A DNA stretch of 64,000 nucleotides from an uncultured virus (IMG/VR IMGVR_UViG_3300020414_001760) (Duplodnaviria > Heunggongvirae > Uroviricota > Caudoviricetes), in IMG/VR virus record IMGVR_UViG_3300020414_001760; one strand, written 5' to 3'. The notes under the pieces were generated by a model. That model ran no database searches. It was not told the origin of the DNA and saw only the letters and a program-made list of their open reading frames with translations. Positions 56,501 through 64,000 of the stretch are shown here, in pieces; the first letter of the stretch is position 1, and each line of letters opens with the position of its first letter. The translations under genes and the position numbers were made by a program.

Positions 56501-56911
56501 TAAATCATTTACTTTATATTGTGTAGCTATTGTCCAAACGTTTTTCCAATCAAAGCCTTCTGCAAATAAATCCCATTTAGCTTGATCAGTTTCTAGTTTA
56601 CCAGCACTTCCGCCATCAGCTTCTGCTGTGTGAGCCGTGTTGGCAATGTATATATAACCACCATACTTAACAATATCGTTCTGTTTGTAATAAGTTCCTG
56701 CTACCCAGTCACCTTGGAATGCTTGACCATCAGTGAATAAGTTCCATTTTGTAGCTTCGTCTGTTGTGAATAATGCTTGTGATGTATGACCAACGGCACA
56801 GTAGTAGGTTCTACCGCCGTGTCTTACGATATCGTCTTTGTAATAGTTAGTAGAAGCCGCCCAAGCGCCTTTCCATACAAATCTAATTCTACCTAGTTTA
56901 AACTCAGCCAT
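50585..56911 (-). CDS. Giant virion protein (2108 aa): CBM5/12-like repeats, beta-helix region, three KCxxD helical inserts
   Basis: N-terminal W...Y..(G/N)D.V.YGG..Y repeats; VGDELRS...RNCT; C-terminal YSQVRLTGHDFLD...STDQDGNFRVG shared with 56945..62266; late motif at 56936-56943. Confidence 0.75.
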   Translation of the reverse strand: MAEFKLGRIRFVWKGAWAASTNYYKDDIVRHGGRTYYCAVGHTSQALFTTDEATKWNLFTDGQAFQGDWVAGTYYKQNDIVKYGGYIYIANTAHTAEADGGSAGKLETDQAKWDLFAEGFDWKNVWTIATQYKVNDLVKYGGTVYLCTTAHTSSGTFAADADGLEADQSKWDVFSKGIDWKTDWTASTKYRVNDTVRYGGQLYICNEGHLSAATAAEGLEADQKKWDYAHKGIEYKSVHATATRYKVNDVVKYGGGLWIATRHHTSGGTDLASDNAVTGVIATVDSISAADATRTAGTYKDVQGSSGGSGTGQRFNITIDNTGAATVEVTFGGSGHSASDVITVTNGFIGGTGASLTFNVATITQTTNWSQFVPGLEFEDSWSSATTYQAGDFVTYGGYSYIAKTNHSNVVPYGNAATWDLFTTGFSLKGDYATATAAVNGATSSTTALVVDGNVGTIVQGMVVTGTGISGTVTVTTVTDQNNLVLSSAQSLSNDVALSFNTAYRTGDVVRVGGYTYLAIADTTGNRPPNTTYWEKLNEGINWRDTWTNATYYDVGDAVRGINNVNSYICVTAHTSDQVSAQNRPDQDVDGSEWKLISGGAESGNLTTAGDLLYYGGSGPTRLPIGIAGQVLKVNDAGNAPEWSYFGQVDQVYYVSPAGKDEAAPGYGVTIDKPWKTLRHSLLEIRRGPRNPKVADILTRNKHFIQVEAGKEYPAYQIANAGGSGIWNGFSFDNAKCQRDIGLITDAVIHDLRHGGNERSREMAQSYFSPAGASYVSGQEANTVEVINYANTMMQNIVQNLTVTTNYQALNGIAVNSRVLQYTPAGVTPESGITTIVAALLATITEVITAGNLTGLNPKVKPNVTLFAKTGQFKEVCPLIVPADTAVVGDELRSTEITVYPTGITQTNDATLTMAAITRIKAVMSDLILGNSITKTPAGAMVKVDSFGAADASRTAGTYNGVAGASAGSGTVGTFNVTVDASTGNVSNVEIVTGGSGHQVNDTITIQDSALGGGGAANFTFDVAEIAAGNTQTQNTALPHGDATAVTTINGLLDDINEKIDHGVNGNGTAPDVTGQTTTNARAGDVYARGRLYANLDYIIEEGQEYIKANNTKAYMEKEATYGSTHDAKCKDDLKRYILAIMDDVRDYGNYNSVLAARYLVNAIGGSTLEDMFYMENGTGLRNCTVKGLSGTLGSANSYGTKRPTAGAFVSLNPSWGPADTRAWITTRSPYVQNVTTFGTKCIGMKVDGDIHAGGNDSIVANDFTQILDQGIGAWVTNLGRAELVSVFSYYGHIGYLAENGGKIRATNGNSSYGDFGTVAEGVDLTESPIEAFVDNRSFDALVGATITDNNNIIALEYQNAGRDYNVSSTVISLSGDGYGVTGLTPTTVTGGLMEVRMTGDSTTFGGADYKTATNTPQAGTNTQITLSNTDVALSAAYVGMAVFLTGGKGAGQYGYINTYNAGTKVATIKKYSDNSDGWDQIISGRAIEAALDNTTVYSVEPRVNVSAPGNDGSTAVATALCRAKVADGKISEVRIIHPGSSYTTPPTVTFTDPNNTADAPLETFIGDGVLGQPAFTSRGTGFTTLSATIEDTGSEQNITGVSFTANPYAETLLTANKEYIADETVAWIDNKIATEPNSTTWGGFIYDSAKCERDTKLIIDAMLHDVKFGGTRETLKAAKAYWIGTQSQVLGQQTQTVLSLLQTKVIINDYVMDNASYSSLQSVTSQTTNSNNGEAAAQTKIAELFDLLTQVINNGLGAADSFPAGPGVVNITVTGHNLLERTKVSIIEVGGTTQINANNYYVKVVDANTLQLYIDKDLLFPAVLTNGTAYSSGGKIKYGAGYRDAKQSGKYVQVEGMLSIPQAGANVVFADRPNTYFKLVSVTNLTGSGPYAALLQVSPDQEIDNAPAHGVKVEMRIRYSQVRLTGHDFLDIGTGGFTTTNYPGVPTIPADPNDEAVTGGGGRVFFTSTDQDGNFRVGGLFNVEQATGVATLNADAFSISGLQELQLGSVALGGTGATINEFSTDGTFTANSDSIVPTQKAIKTYITSQIGGGASELNVNTVTAGVVHISGNTITTTTAVPINITATMNFTGGISGSPVAMQQFILS

Positions 56912-56944
56912 TGTGTTTTAAATCCTTATTACTGTTATTTATCA

Positions 56945-59900
56945 TTACTGCGTTCCTCCGTATCCGTTGCCGCCATCGTTATAGTATCCATCTGACCCTT
57001 CAAAGTCATCTGCAAATTCCATTAACATGGCATTATCCGCATTCATGTTATTAAATGCTGTTGCAACCATAGTTCCTCCTGGAATATGTGAACTGTTTAC
57101 AGCTACTGGAATATTAATTGGTAAATCACCAGTGTTTGATAAGTGGTTAATTTGGCTAAACTTACAAGTTCCTGCCGTTAGTGCGTTAGCTGAAACGTTT
57201 GCTCCACCACCGCTTATTCTTGATTGAATGTATGCCGCAATAGCTTTCTGTGTTGGAACAATGCTGTTACTGTTAGCAACGAAAGTTTGTTCCTTTGAGA
57301 ACTCTTTAATAACTGCGTTTGTACCACCAAGTATAAATGCACCTAATCTTAATTCATCTAATCCTGATAAATCAAACTGTGAAGCATTAATTGTAACAAT
57401 ACCTGTTGACTGTTCAACTTTAAATAGTTCACCAACTCTAAAGTTACCATCTTGGTCTGTACTTGCATAGAACACTCTACCACCATTGTACTCTTGTGTT
57501 TCCCAAGGTTGCTCTGGTGGATTAACTGATCCATATCCTTCTGTGTAAAGTTGTGGATAGTTAGTTGTTATTGTATTACCTGTACCAACATCTAGGAAGT
57601 CATGTCCTGTTAATCTAACCTGACTGTAATTTTGTCTAATAGTTATTGCTTCGTTATGTTCAGGAGATTCTTGAATACCCATTGTTGGAGCAATACTTAA
57701 TTTTGCTCTAATGTTCGGAGCACTACCTGATATAATTGTTGCTGTTCCAATCTTATAAATGATATCTGTGATACTTGGGAACCTTAAGTTATCACCTGGA
57801 CTTGGTAATAGTGTTAAGTTGTCAACAACTACTTCACCACCAGTTTGGTACTTGTCAATATATCCGTTACCTGTAATTGTTACAGCATTAAATTTAGTAT
57901 ATAATGCACCTCTGTTTTTAAATGCAGGTTGTCCTAATACTCTATCTCTAAGTCTAACTTGTTTTGTAGCTTCTAAAGTTTTTTGTGTACAAACAATTTC
58001 TACGTTTGGTGGATTATTTGAATCATATCCACTTCCTGTTTCGTGCATAACAAATTGTGTAATTCTACCTGTGTCAGTAGTTACCCTCATTTGAGCTCTT
58101 CTACCATACTTGATTGAATTAACAGTTGCAGTTGAACCTGTGTCGATTACTAAGAATCTAGGTCCATCACCACCTGTCATTGGATTTACTTTAGCTCTGA
58201 ATGTTCCTACTGGTGGAGTAATTTGTGTATGTGTTACCCAAACATCGCCTCCATCTGAACTTCTAATATTACCTGCGGTGTCTACTGCCATAAACAATCC
58301 ATCACTGTAGTCTAAGCCCCATGCTAGTTCGTTTACGATACCAGAACTTGTAACTGCTCTCCATGTAGCATTGTTGATACCTTCTGAATAATTTGTAAAG
58401 CTAACAAAGAACGTACTTGGTAAACCAAATGTTGCTGTTGTTGCCGAACTTCCATCGCTAATCATTGTCGATGGGTTTGCTGGGTTGAATGGAAATGTTG
58501 CTGTGCCGTTAGGTTGACAAGCCGCTACAAATACACCGTTACCATATGCAAAGTCTGTTACATTATAAGTTGTAGGACAAACTCTAGTTGTTGATTGCCA
58601 GTTTTGTCCGTTATCAGTACTTTCATAAGTTGAACCATCTGCCTTAACAGCCATCCACTTACCATTACCGTATCTAATATGTTTTAATCCTGTTCCCATA
58701 CCTGAAGCTGTGTAAGTCCAAGTTGTTCCATTTGATGTACTTACTGCAAGTTCATCTGAATCATCTGCTATTGCAATTACTGTATGTGTTGTGTCACTGA
58801 AAGGACCTTCTGCTATGTCTACCCAGTTACGTTGTGTAATTGGATATGGTTGTGATCCCCAGGCTGTACCTGCTGTTGACAAGTTAGCTCTGTCGCCATT
58901 ACCTAATGCAATAAAGTATTTTAAGTTACCTTTACATTTTACCATACAAGTTGGTCTTACAAATCCTGCATCAACTGTTGCCGCTGTCCATTGGTCGCCT
59001 GGACCATTTGAATACAATGCAACATCTGTTCCACTACCTGGAAAAGCTACCATTGTAGTTCCAACACCACCTGCAACTGGTTGCCAAACATTTGTATTGT
59101 TTGTGTTATTTGCCTGTGCCACATAAGCTGGATCATCAACTATAACTCTTGGCTCAATTCTATAAGTTGTTGAACCATCTAAACTTGTTTCAATTGGCCA
59201 ACCTGGAACAACATGGTCCCAACCACGTTTTCCATCTGACGCTCTAATAACATTTAATCTTTTTGTTCCTGGGAAATATTCATCTATAATTGCATATTGT
59301 CCAACACCTTTACCTTCTTCAATAAAGATTTGCATTGATTTACTAATAGAAGCAACATCAAATGTTAATGGTGCTCCACCAAAGTTACCAATGTCTACGT
59401 CAGCAACTGTAATTGTGTCACCAACTCTAAAACTGTCTCCACCGTTAGTTACTGTAACTGTACAAGAACCACCAGCATCAACAACAATAGTAAATCTCAT
59501 AAGTGTAACATTTGAGAAAGGATTGTTTGATGTGCCTGGAACGTTTGTATAAGTGTAAGGTGCATCTAAGGCATTACCAACTCTACTTGCATCGGCTCCT
59601 GAAATATTATTTACTGTAAGTACACCTCTACCTACATATTTTGCCGCACTTGTTTCTGCATCTGAGTTTGCAATAGTAATATCTAAGTTTGTTCCGCTTT
59701 GTGCAGAGTTTCTTACACCTGTTAAGTGTCCTCTACCACCTGGTAAACTTGAATCACCTGGATCAAGTAATCTTATTTCAGAAATACTTGCGTTACGTTG
59801 TTCAATAAAATCATTATCAACACTAACACCACTACCTGAACCTGTAATTGTGTAAGTTGCATCATCGTAGGCCTCACCTGCGTGTGTAAATCCTAAACCA

Positions 59901-62266
59901 AAAATTTGGTTTGCGTTGTTATAAACAACTGGTGCTTCTGCATCGTAGTATCTGTTATTCAATGTTGCAGTAATAGGAGTTTCACTTGCAAATTCTCCTT
60001 CTGCAAATGATCCATATTTTCCATATGAGTTGTTACCGTTAGTAGCACGTATCTTACCACCTGCTGTACAATAGTAACCGATGTGTGCAAAATATGTAAA
60101 CACAGATACAAGCTCTGCCTTACCATCTGCATTACACCACATACCAATACCATCACTTATAACCTGTGTAAAGTCGTTAGCAACAATAGATTTGTTACCA
60201 CCATTGTGTAACGCACCATCAATTTTCATTCCGATACAAGCTGTACCTATTGTAGTACAGTTTTGTACGTATGTTGATTTGTTTGTTACCCAAACACTAG
60301 TATCTGCCGGACCTGCCCCTGGATCAAGTGCCACGTAAGCACCTGTGTTAGGAACCTGTGCACCATAGTTGTCTACACTTCCAAGTACACCACTCATGCC
60401 TTGCATGGTTAAGTTTCTAATACCACAACCGTTTCTAACTCTAAACATATCGTTAGTTTCGTAACCTACTTGAGGTTTAACAGTTGTACTTCTTAATTCA
60501 TCTCCAACAATAGCAACGCCTGCCGGTACACTGATAGGTGTAATTTCTTCGTAAAGTCCTGTGCTTACAAAAATTGTAGCAGGAGCTCTGTTGGCTTCGT
60601 CTTGTAAAATATATTGTGTTGCATATTTGATACTTGCAAATGGAGCCGATATAGTTAAACCAAATCCTGTGTCGTCTTTACCGTTAGTTGCAACATAGTA
60701 AACCTTGTTTACTTCTCCAAGTCTTTCCCAAGTACCTGTTCCGCTAACAACTTTTAATGCTTGTCCTGGACTTCCAATAGCTAATCTATCATGTGCTGAT
60801 CCAGTGTGTGTTCTTAGATCACCTCTGTATTGCATTACGTTATTTGGATTACCATCTATCAATGTTATCCAGTAACTATTTGTTGTATCTTGATCTGGAG
60901 TAACAAGTGTTGAATCATCACCTGCGTGTGCTTGTATACATTTGTAAGCAGTTGATTTGTGTACAACAATATCTCCAAGCACGTATGCCTGTGCCGCAAA
61001 CCATTCGCCTCTGTAATAAGTTCCTGTAATAAGAAGTTGCCAGTACATACTAACTGCACCTTCTGTAGATCTAGTTGAACCTGGATCGTAATAACCTCTT
61101 GACTCTGGATCTAATGCATCTGGTTGTTGGTTAGTGCTATCTTGTACAGCAATATATACGAAACCTCTGTTTCTTACAACGTCACCTGTTTTATAAGTTG
61201 TTCCTGAATCCCACTCACCTTTCATTTGGTAACCGGTTATCATTAGCTCCCAGTCATATAAACCTTGTAAACTTTCGCCTTCGTAGAATACACCAGTAAC
61301 ACTTGGAGGACTTCCTGTGTTATTAGTCATAGATACATAAGTGTATCCTCCGTATATTACAATGTCTCCTGGTTGGTAAACTGCCGCATTATTCCAAACA
61401 GCTTCATAACCTAATCCAGGCATCCATATATCAAATTTTGCTTCGTCGAAACTTGCTAATGAACTGTGATATGTTTTACATTTCCATAATGTAGGACCAT
61501 ACTTAACAATATCACCTATCTTATATCTAATACCAGATGAATCTAAATTACTTTGCCACTCACCTTTGTAAACAATACCTTCCCAAATGACATCCCACTT
61601 GGCTACGTCTTGTTCTAATCCTAATATAGTTGTTGCGGCAGATGTGTGTCCTGTGTTACATCTGTACATAAGTCCACCGTAACGTACAATATCATCTTTC
61701 TTGTATCTTGTAGATACTGACCAGTCTAATTTCCAATCATCACTTCTTGAAACTATATCCCACTTGTCGCTGTCTTGCTCTAGTCCTGCAACTGCTGTTG
61801 AAGAAGTGTGCTGTGCTAAACATTGATATAAAAATCCACCATACTTAACAACGTCATCTATTTTGTAAAGTGTTAAAGGTGTCCAGTCAATTCTCCAGTT
61901 AGGTGTTTTAGCATAACTTTGTAATTTTCCTAGGTCGTTGCTAATACCGTTAGCTTGTAATTGATCTGAAACGTGTTCTTCTAAAACTCTATATATTACA
62001 CCATTGTATTTGAATAAGTCATTAACTTTAAATCTTGTGTTTACATTCCAGTCGCCTCTCCAAGCATAACCTTCTGCATTTTTTAACCACTTACCTGGAC
62101 TTGCATTTAAATCTGTAGAAAAACTTGTTTGATCGGAAACGTGTCCAACCATACAAATATAAACATTACCACCTTCACGTACAATGTCATCTTTGATATA
62201 TGTTGCACCTGGCAACCAAACATTTTTCCAGTTATATCTTATTCGTGCTAGATTAAATTGTGCCAT
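56945..62266 (-). CDS. Giant virion protein (1773 aa), paralogue of the 2108 aa protein, with propeller-like (BNR-type) repeats
   Basis: Same N-terminal repeats and C-terminal domain; STSNGTTW, STDNGQNW and SSDGGDVW Asp-box-like motifs. Confidence 0.75.
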   Translation of the reverse strand: MAQFNLARIRYNWKNVWLPGATYIKDDIVREGGNVYICMVGHVSDQTSFSTDLNASPGKWLKNAEGYAWRGDWNVNTRFKVNDLFKYNGVIYRVLEEHVSDQLQANGISNDLGKLQSYAKTPNWRIDWTPLTLYKIDDVVKYGGFLYQCLAQHTSSTAVAGLEQDSDKWDIVSRSDDWKLDWSVSTRYKKDDIVRYGGLMYRCNTGHTSAATTILGLEQDVAKWDVIWEGIVYKGEWQSNLDSSGIRYKIGDIVKYGPTLWKCKTYHSSLASFDEAKFDIWMPGLGYEAVWNNAAVYQPGDIVIYGGYTYVSMTNNTGSPPSVTGVFYEGESLQGLYDWELMITGYQMKGEWDSGTTYKTGDVVRNRGFVYIAVQDSTNQQPDALDPESRGYYDPGSTRSTEGAVSMYWQLLITGTYYRGEWFAAQAYVLGDIVVHKSTAYKCIQAHAGDDSTLVTPDQDTTNSYWITLIDGNPNNVMQYRGDLRTHTGSAHDRLAIGSPGQALKVVSGTGTWERLGEVNKVYYVATNGKDDTGFGLTISAPFASIKYATQYILQDEANRAPATIFVSTGLYEEITPISVPAGVAIVGDELRSTTVKPQVGYETNDMFRVRNGCGIRNLTMQGMSGVLGSVDNYGAQVPNTGAYVALDPGAGPADTSVWVTNKSTYVQNCTTIGTACIGMKIDGALHNGGNKSIVANDFTQVISDGIGMWCNADGKAELVSVFTYFAHIGYYCTAGGKIRATNGNNSYGKYGSFAEGEFASETPITATLNNRYYDAEAPVVYNNANQIFGLGFTHAGEAYDDATYTITGSGSGVSVDNDFIEQRNASISEIRLLDPGDSSLPGGRGHLTGVRNSAQSGTNLDITIANSDAETSAAKYVGRGVLTVNNISGADASRVGNALDAPYTYTNVPGTSNNPFSNVTLMRFTIVVDAGGSCTVTVTNGGDSFRVGDTITVADVDIGNFGGAPLTFDVASISKSMQIFIEEGKGVGQYAIIDEYFPGTKRLNVIRASDGKRGWDHVVPGWPIETSLDGSTTYRIEPRVIVDDPAYVAQANNTNNTNVWQPVAGGVGTTMVAFPGSGTDVALYSNGPGDQWTAATVDAGFVRPTCMVKCKGNLKYFIALGNGDRANLSTAGTAWGSQPYPITQRNWVDIAEGPFSDTTHTVIAIADDSDELAVSTSNGTTWTYTASGMGTGLKHIRYGNGKWMAVKADGSTYESTDNGQNWQSTTRVCPTTYNVTDFAYGNGVFVAACQPNGTATFPFNPANPSTMISDGSSATTATFGLPSTFFVSFTNYSEGINNATWRAVTSSGIVNELAWGLDYSDGLFMAVDTAGNIRSSDGGDVWVTHTQITPPVGTFRAKVNPMTGGDGPRFLVIDTGSTATVNSIKYGRRAQMRVTTDTGRITQFVMHETGSGYDSNNPPNVEIVCTQKTLEATKQVRLRDRVLGQPAFKNRGALYTKFNAVTITGNGYIDKYQTGGEVVVDNLTLLPSPGDNLRFPSITDIIYKIGTATIISGSAPNIRAKLSIAPTMGIQESPEHNEAITIRQNYSQVRLTGHDFLDVGTGNTITTNYPQLYTEGYGSVNPPEQPWETQEYNGGRVFYASTDQDGNFRVGELFKVEQSTGIVTINASQFDLSGLDELRLGAFILGGTNAVIKEFSKEQTFVANSNSIVPTQKAIAAYIQSRISGGGANVSANALTAGTCKFSQINHLSNTGDLPINIPVAVNSSHIPGGTMVATAFNNMNADNAMLMEFADDFEGSDGYYNDGGNGYGGTQ

Positions 62267-62667
62267 TACCCGTTATACCCTGTTGCATTTTGTCCAAATA
62301 CTAAATGGTCACTTGATATACCATTGTCATATTCATATTTTGTATTAATTCTTAAAACAACTTCACCTTCTGCATTTACATAATAGTAAATGTTTTTATC
62401 GTCCCAACGCATTTGTTCGTAAAGTAAGTTATCGTATACAAGTACGTGGTTTGGATTTCTACCTTCAAAGAAATCTTCACCTGCTTGGAACTCAGTGTAG
62501 TTACCATCAGTACCACCTGGTCTGTTAATTTGTGCTTCGTCTGTTGGAGATGCAATATCTACTTTTTGAATAAACAGTTGTCCATCATCATCTCTACGTA
62601 ATGCGTAAAAATAACGTTCGCCTGTATCGCCTGCCAGTGGCGCCGCTCCTACATAGTTAAAACTCAT
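62266..62667 (-). CDS. Hypothetical protein in the tail gene cluster
   Basis: 133 aa ORF with TAATG coupling on both sides. Confidence 0.65.
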   Translation of the reverse strand: MSFNYVGAAPLAGDTGERYFYALRRDDDGQLFIQKVDIASPTDEAQINRPGGTDGNYTEFQAGEDFFEGRNPNHVLVYDNLLYEQMRWDDKNIYYYVNAEGEVVLRINTKYEYDNGISSDHLVFGQNATGYNG

Positions 62668-62996
62668 TATACAATCTCCACATAACTTAAGATTACATCA
62701 ACAGCATCATTTTGATCAGCTGTAACATAAACTATATTTGCCGATGGTAAAACTAATTTCTCACCACCGTTGATCGCACGTAAACTGGCATTCGGAGCAA
62801 TCATAACATCTTTAACATAATATCCAGTAACTGATGTATCGTCTTTTATTGTAATACTAACTCTTGTATTACCATCTAATAAATTTGCTACAGATAACCC
62901 AATAGCAGTTACCTTAGAACCTGCAGGTACCTCAAGTATTTCTACTGGTACTTGTCCTACGTTTTTAACTACTTTATTTTTAAAAAATGTTGCCAT
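62667..62996 (-). CDS. Small putative structural protein
   Basis: 109 aa beta-rich protein, GGEKLVL...DVILSYVEI terminus. Confidence 0.6.
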   Translation of the reverse strand: MATFFKNKVVKNVGQVPVEILEVPAGSKVTAIGLSVANLLDGNTRVSITIKDDTSVTGYYVKDVMIAPNASLRAINGGEKLVLPSANIVYVTADQNDAVDVILSYVEIV

Positions 62997-62999
62997 TGC

Positions 63000-63998
63000 T
63001 TATCCTAAACTCAATACTAATTCTAGTGCGATGTTTTGTGCGTCTGTTTGAGAAACTGCTCCAGAACTACCTGCAACTGTGTCCCATACTGTTCCATCGA
63101 ATATTTCTAATCTTCCATCTGTAGTATTCCAACGTGTCATTCCTAAAACAGGACTTGCGTGACGTTGTGAACCTGTACCAGCTGGAACAATAAATGCGTC
63201 TGTACCTTCAATTTTAAAGTATCCAGTACCTGGATCTAACACACTAATAGCACCGCTACTAGTGTTATTTATAGTACTTCCGCTGATATTAAAATTGTCT
63301 ATTTGTACACCACCTGTTCCATTTGGCGTTAAATTAAGGTCTGTATTAGCAGTAGTTGTACTAATTGTGTTTCCGTCAATCTGTATGCTATCTACGTTTA
63401 ATTTAGATACATTAAATTCTGTTTCTGTAATACTAGCGATTTGATTACCATTTGAGTAAAATCTAATAGTATTGTCATTTGCACCAGGTGTTAATTCTGC
63501 TGTAATATATGTGTCAGCATCTAAGTCATACACACCTGTTAATACAATCCAGTTACCGTCATAACCTTCAAACTTTGATGTAGTGGTATTGTAACGTATC
63601 ATACCTACTGCTGGTACACTTGGTCTTTGAGCTGTTGTACCTGCTGGTATTCTAACCGATCCTGTTGCATTGACGTTAACAATACCACTACCAGGATTAA
63701 ACACCATGTCCGAGGTCGCGGTCTCTATCCTATTGGCTTTTAATAAAAAGTCGTCTACAATAATATATCCTGACCCGTTTGTTCTTAATTCTAAGTCAGC
63801 ATTTGAAACTGTGTTTTGTATTACGTTTGTATCTATTTGTAAATCATCAATGTAGGCCGCTGATGCGTGTATGCTGTTCCATTTTTTAGTTGGTGTACCT
63901 AAATTATATGTTGCACTTGCATCAGGTTTTAGATCTGAAGTAATACCTGCTGTGATACTGATTGTATCTGTTGCTTCGTCACCTATTTGTACATTACC
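63000..63998 (-). CDS. Tail-fibre-like structural protein, 5' end outside the window (partial)
   Basis: The frame stays open from 63707 to the right edge (...GDEATDTISITAG...YNLGTPTKKW...); two PAGT..QR...GM.R(Y/W)NTT..(F/L)E repeats. Confidence 0.75.
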   Translation of the reverse strand, partial: GNVQIGDEATDTISITAGITSDLKPDASATYNLGTPTKKWNSIHASAAYIDDLQIDTNVIQNTVSNADLELRTNGSGYIIVDDFLLKANRIETATSDMVFNPGSGIVNVNATGSVRIPAGTTAQRPSVPAVGMIRYNTTTSKFEGYDGNWIVLTGVYDLDADTYITAELTPGANDNTIRFYSNGNQIASITETEFNVSKLNVDSIQIDGNTISTTTANTDLNLTPNGTGGVQIDNFNISGSTINNTSSGAISVLDPGTGYFKIEGTDAFIVPAGTGSQRHASPVLGMTRWNTTDGRLEIFDGTVWDTVAGSSGAVSQTDAQNIALELVLSLG

Positions 63999-64000
63999 TG

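Noticed and set aside
63000..63707. 235 aa gene starting at 63707
   Set aside because: The frame is open to the window edge, so this Met is internal to a longer gene.
435..63855. Numerous short opposite-strand or nested ORFs in the six-frame track
   Set aside because: They lie within long, motif-bearing genes and lack RBS/promoter signals or recognisable motifs; treated as shadow ORFs.
1..64000. tRNA genes, introns/inteins, stop-codon reassignment
   Set aside because: Intergenic gaps are short with no cloverleaf seen; terminase and UvsX are of normal length; genes tile densely under the standard code.

Overview
A 64 kb segment of a large, AT-rich (roughly 35% GC, estimated by eye) T4-superfamily contractile-tailed phage; the host cannot be determined from this window. 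From left to right it holds: (1) a late-promoter glycosyltransferase/O-methyltransferase cluster; (2) a peroxiredoxin and uvsY-uvsX-gp32; (3) terminase, gp4, tail tube and sheath, dNMP kinase and neck genes (gp13 divergent from gp14/gp15); (4) a Nudix-hldE-hldD-cupin ADP-heptose module and two 2OG-Fe(II) oxygenases; (5) about 33 kb of tail/fibre genes, including three giant proteins. Main observations: (a) five copies of a helical domain in two giant virion proteins reproduce the phycobiliprotein chromophore-binding signature (KCxRD...GG), suggesting bilin-binding virion proteins; (b) three ~10% Cys glycine-rich fibre-tip-like paralogues and two chaperones lie directly upstream of a GT9 (heptosyltransferase-like), an SGNH-like protein, a carbamoyltransferase and a methyltransferase, which together with the phage ADP-heptose genes suggests a virion glyco-tailoring system; (c) a structural protein ends in an intact type-1 copper ligand set; (d) late promoters fall into SD-led and apparently leaderless classes; (e) tandem GC-GNA-GC mini-hairpins. 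All calls come from motif recognition by eye; no database search or modelling was run. No tRNA, rRNA, CRISPR array or mobile element was seen.
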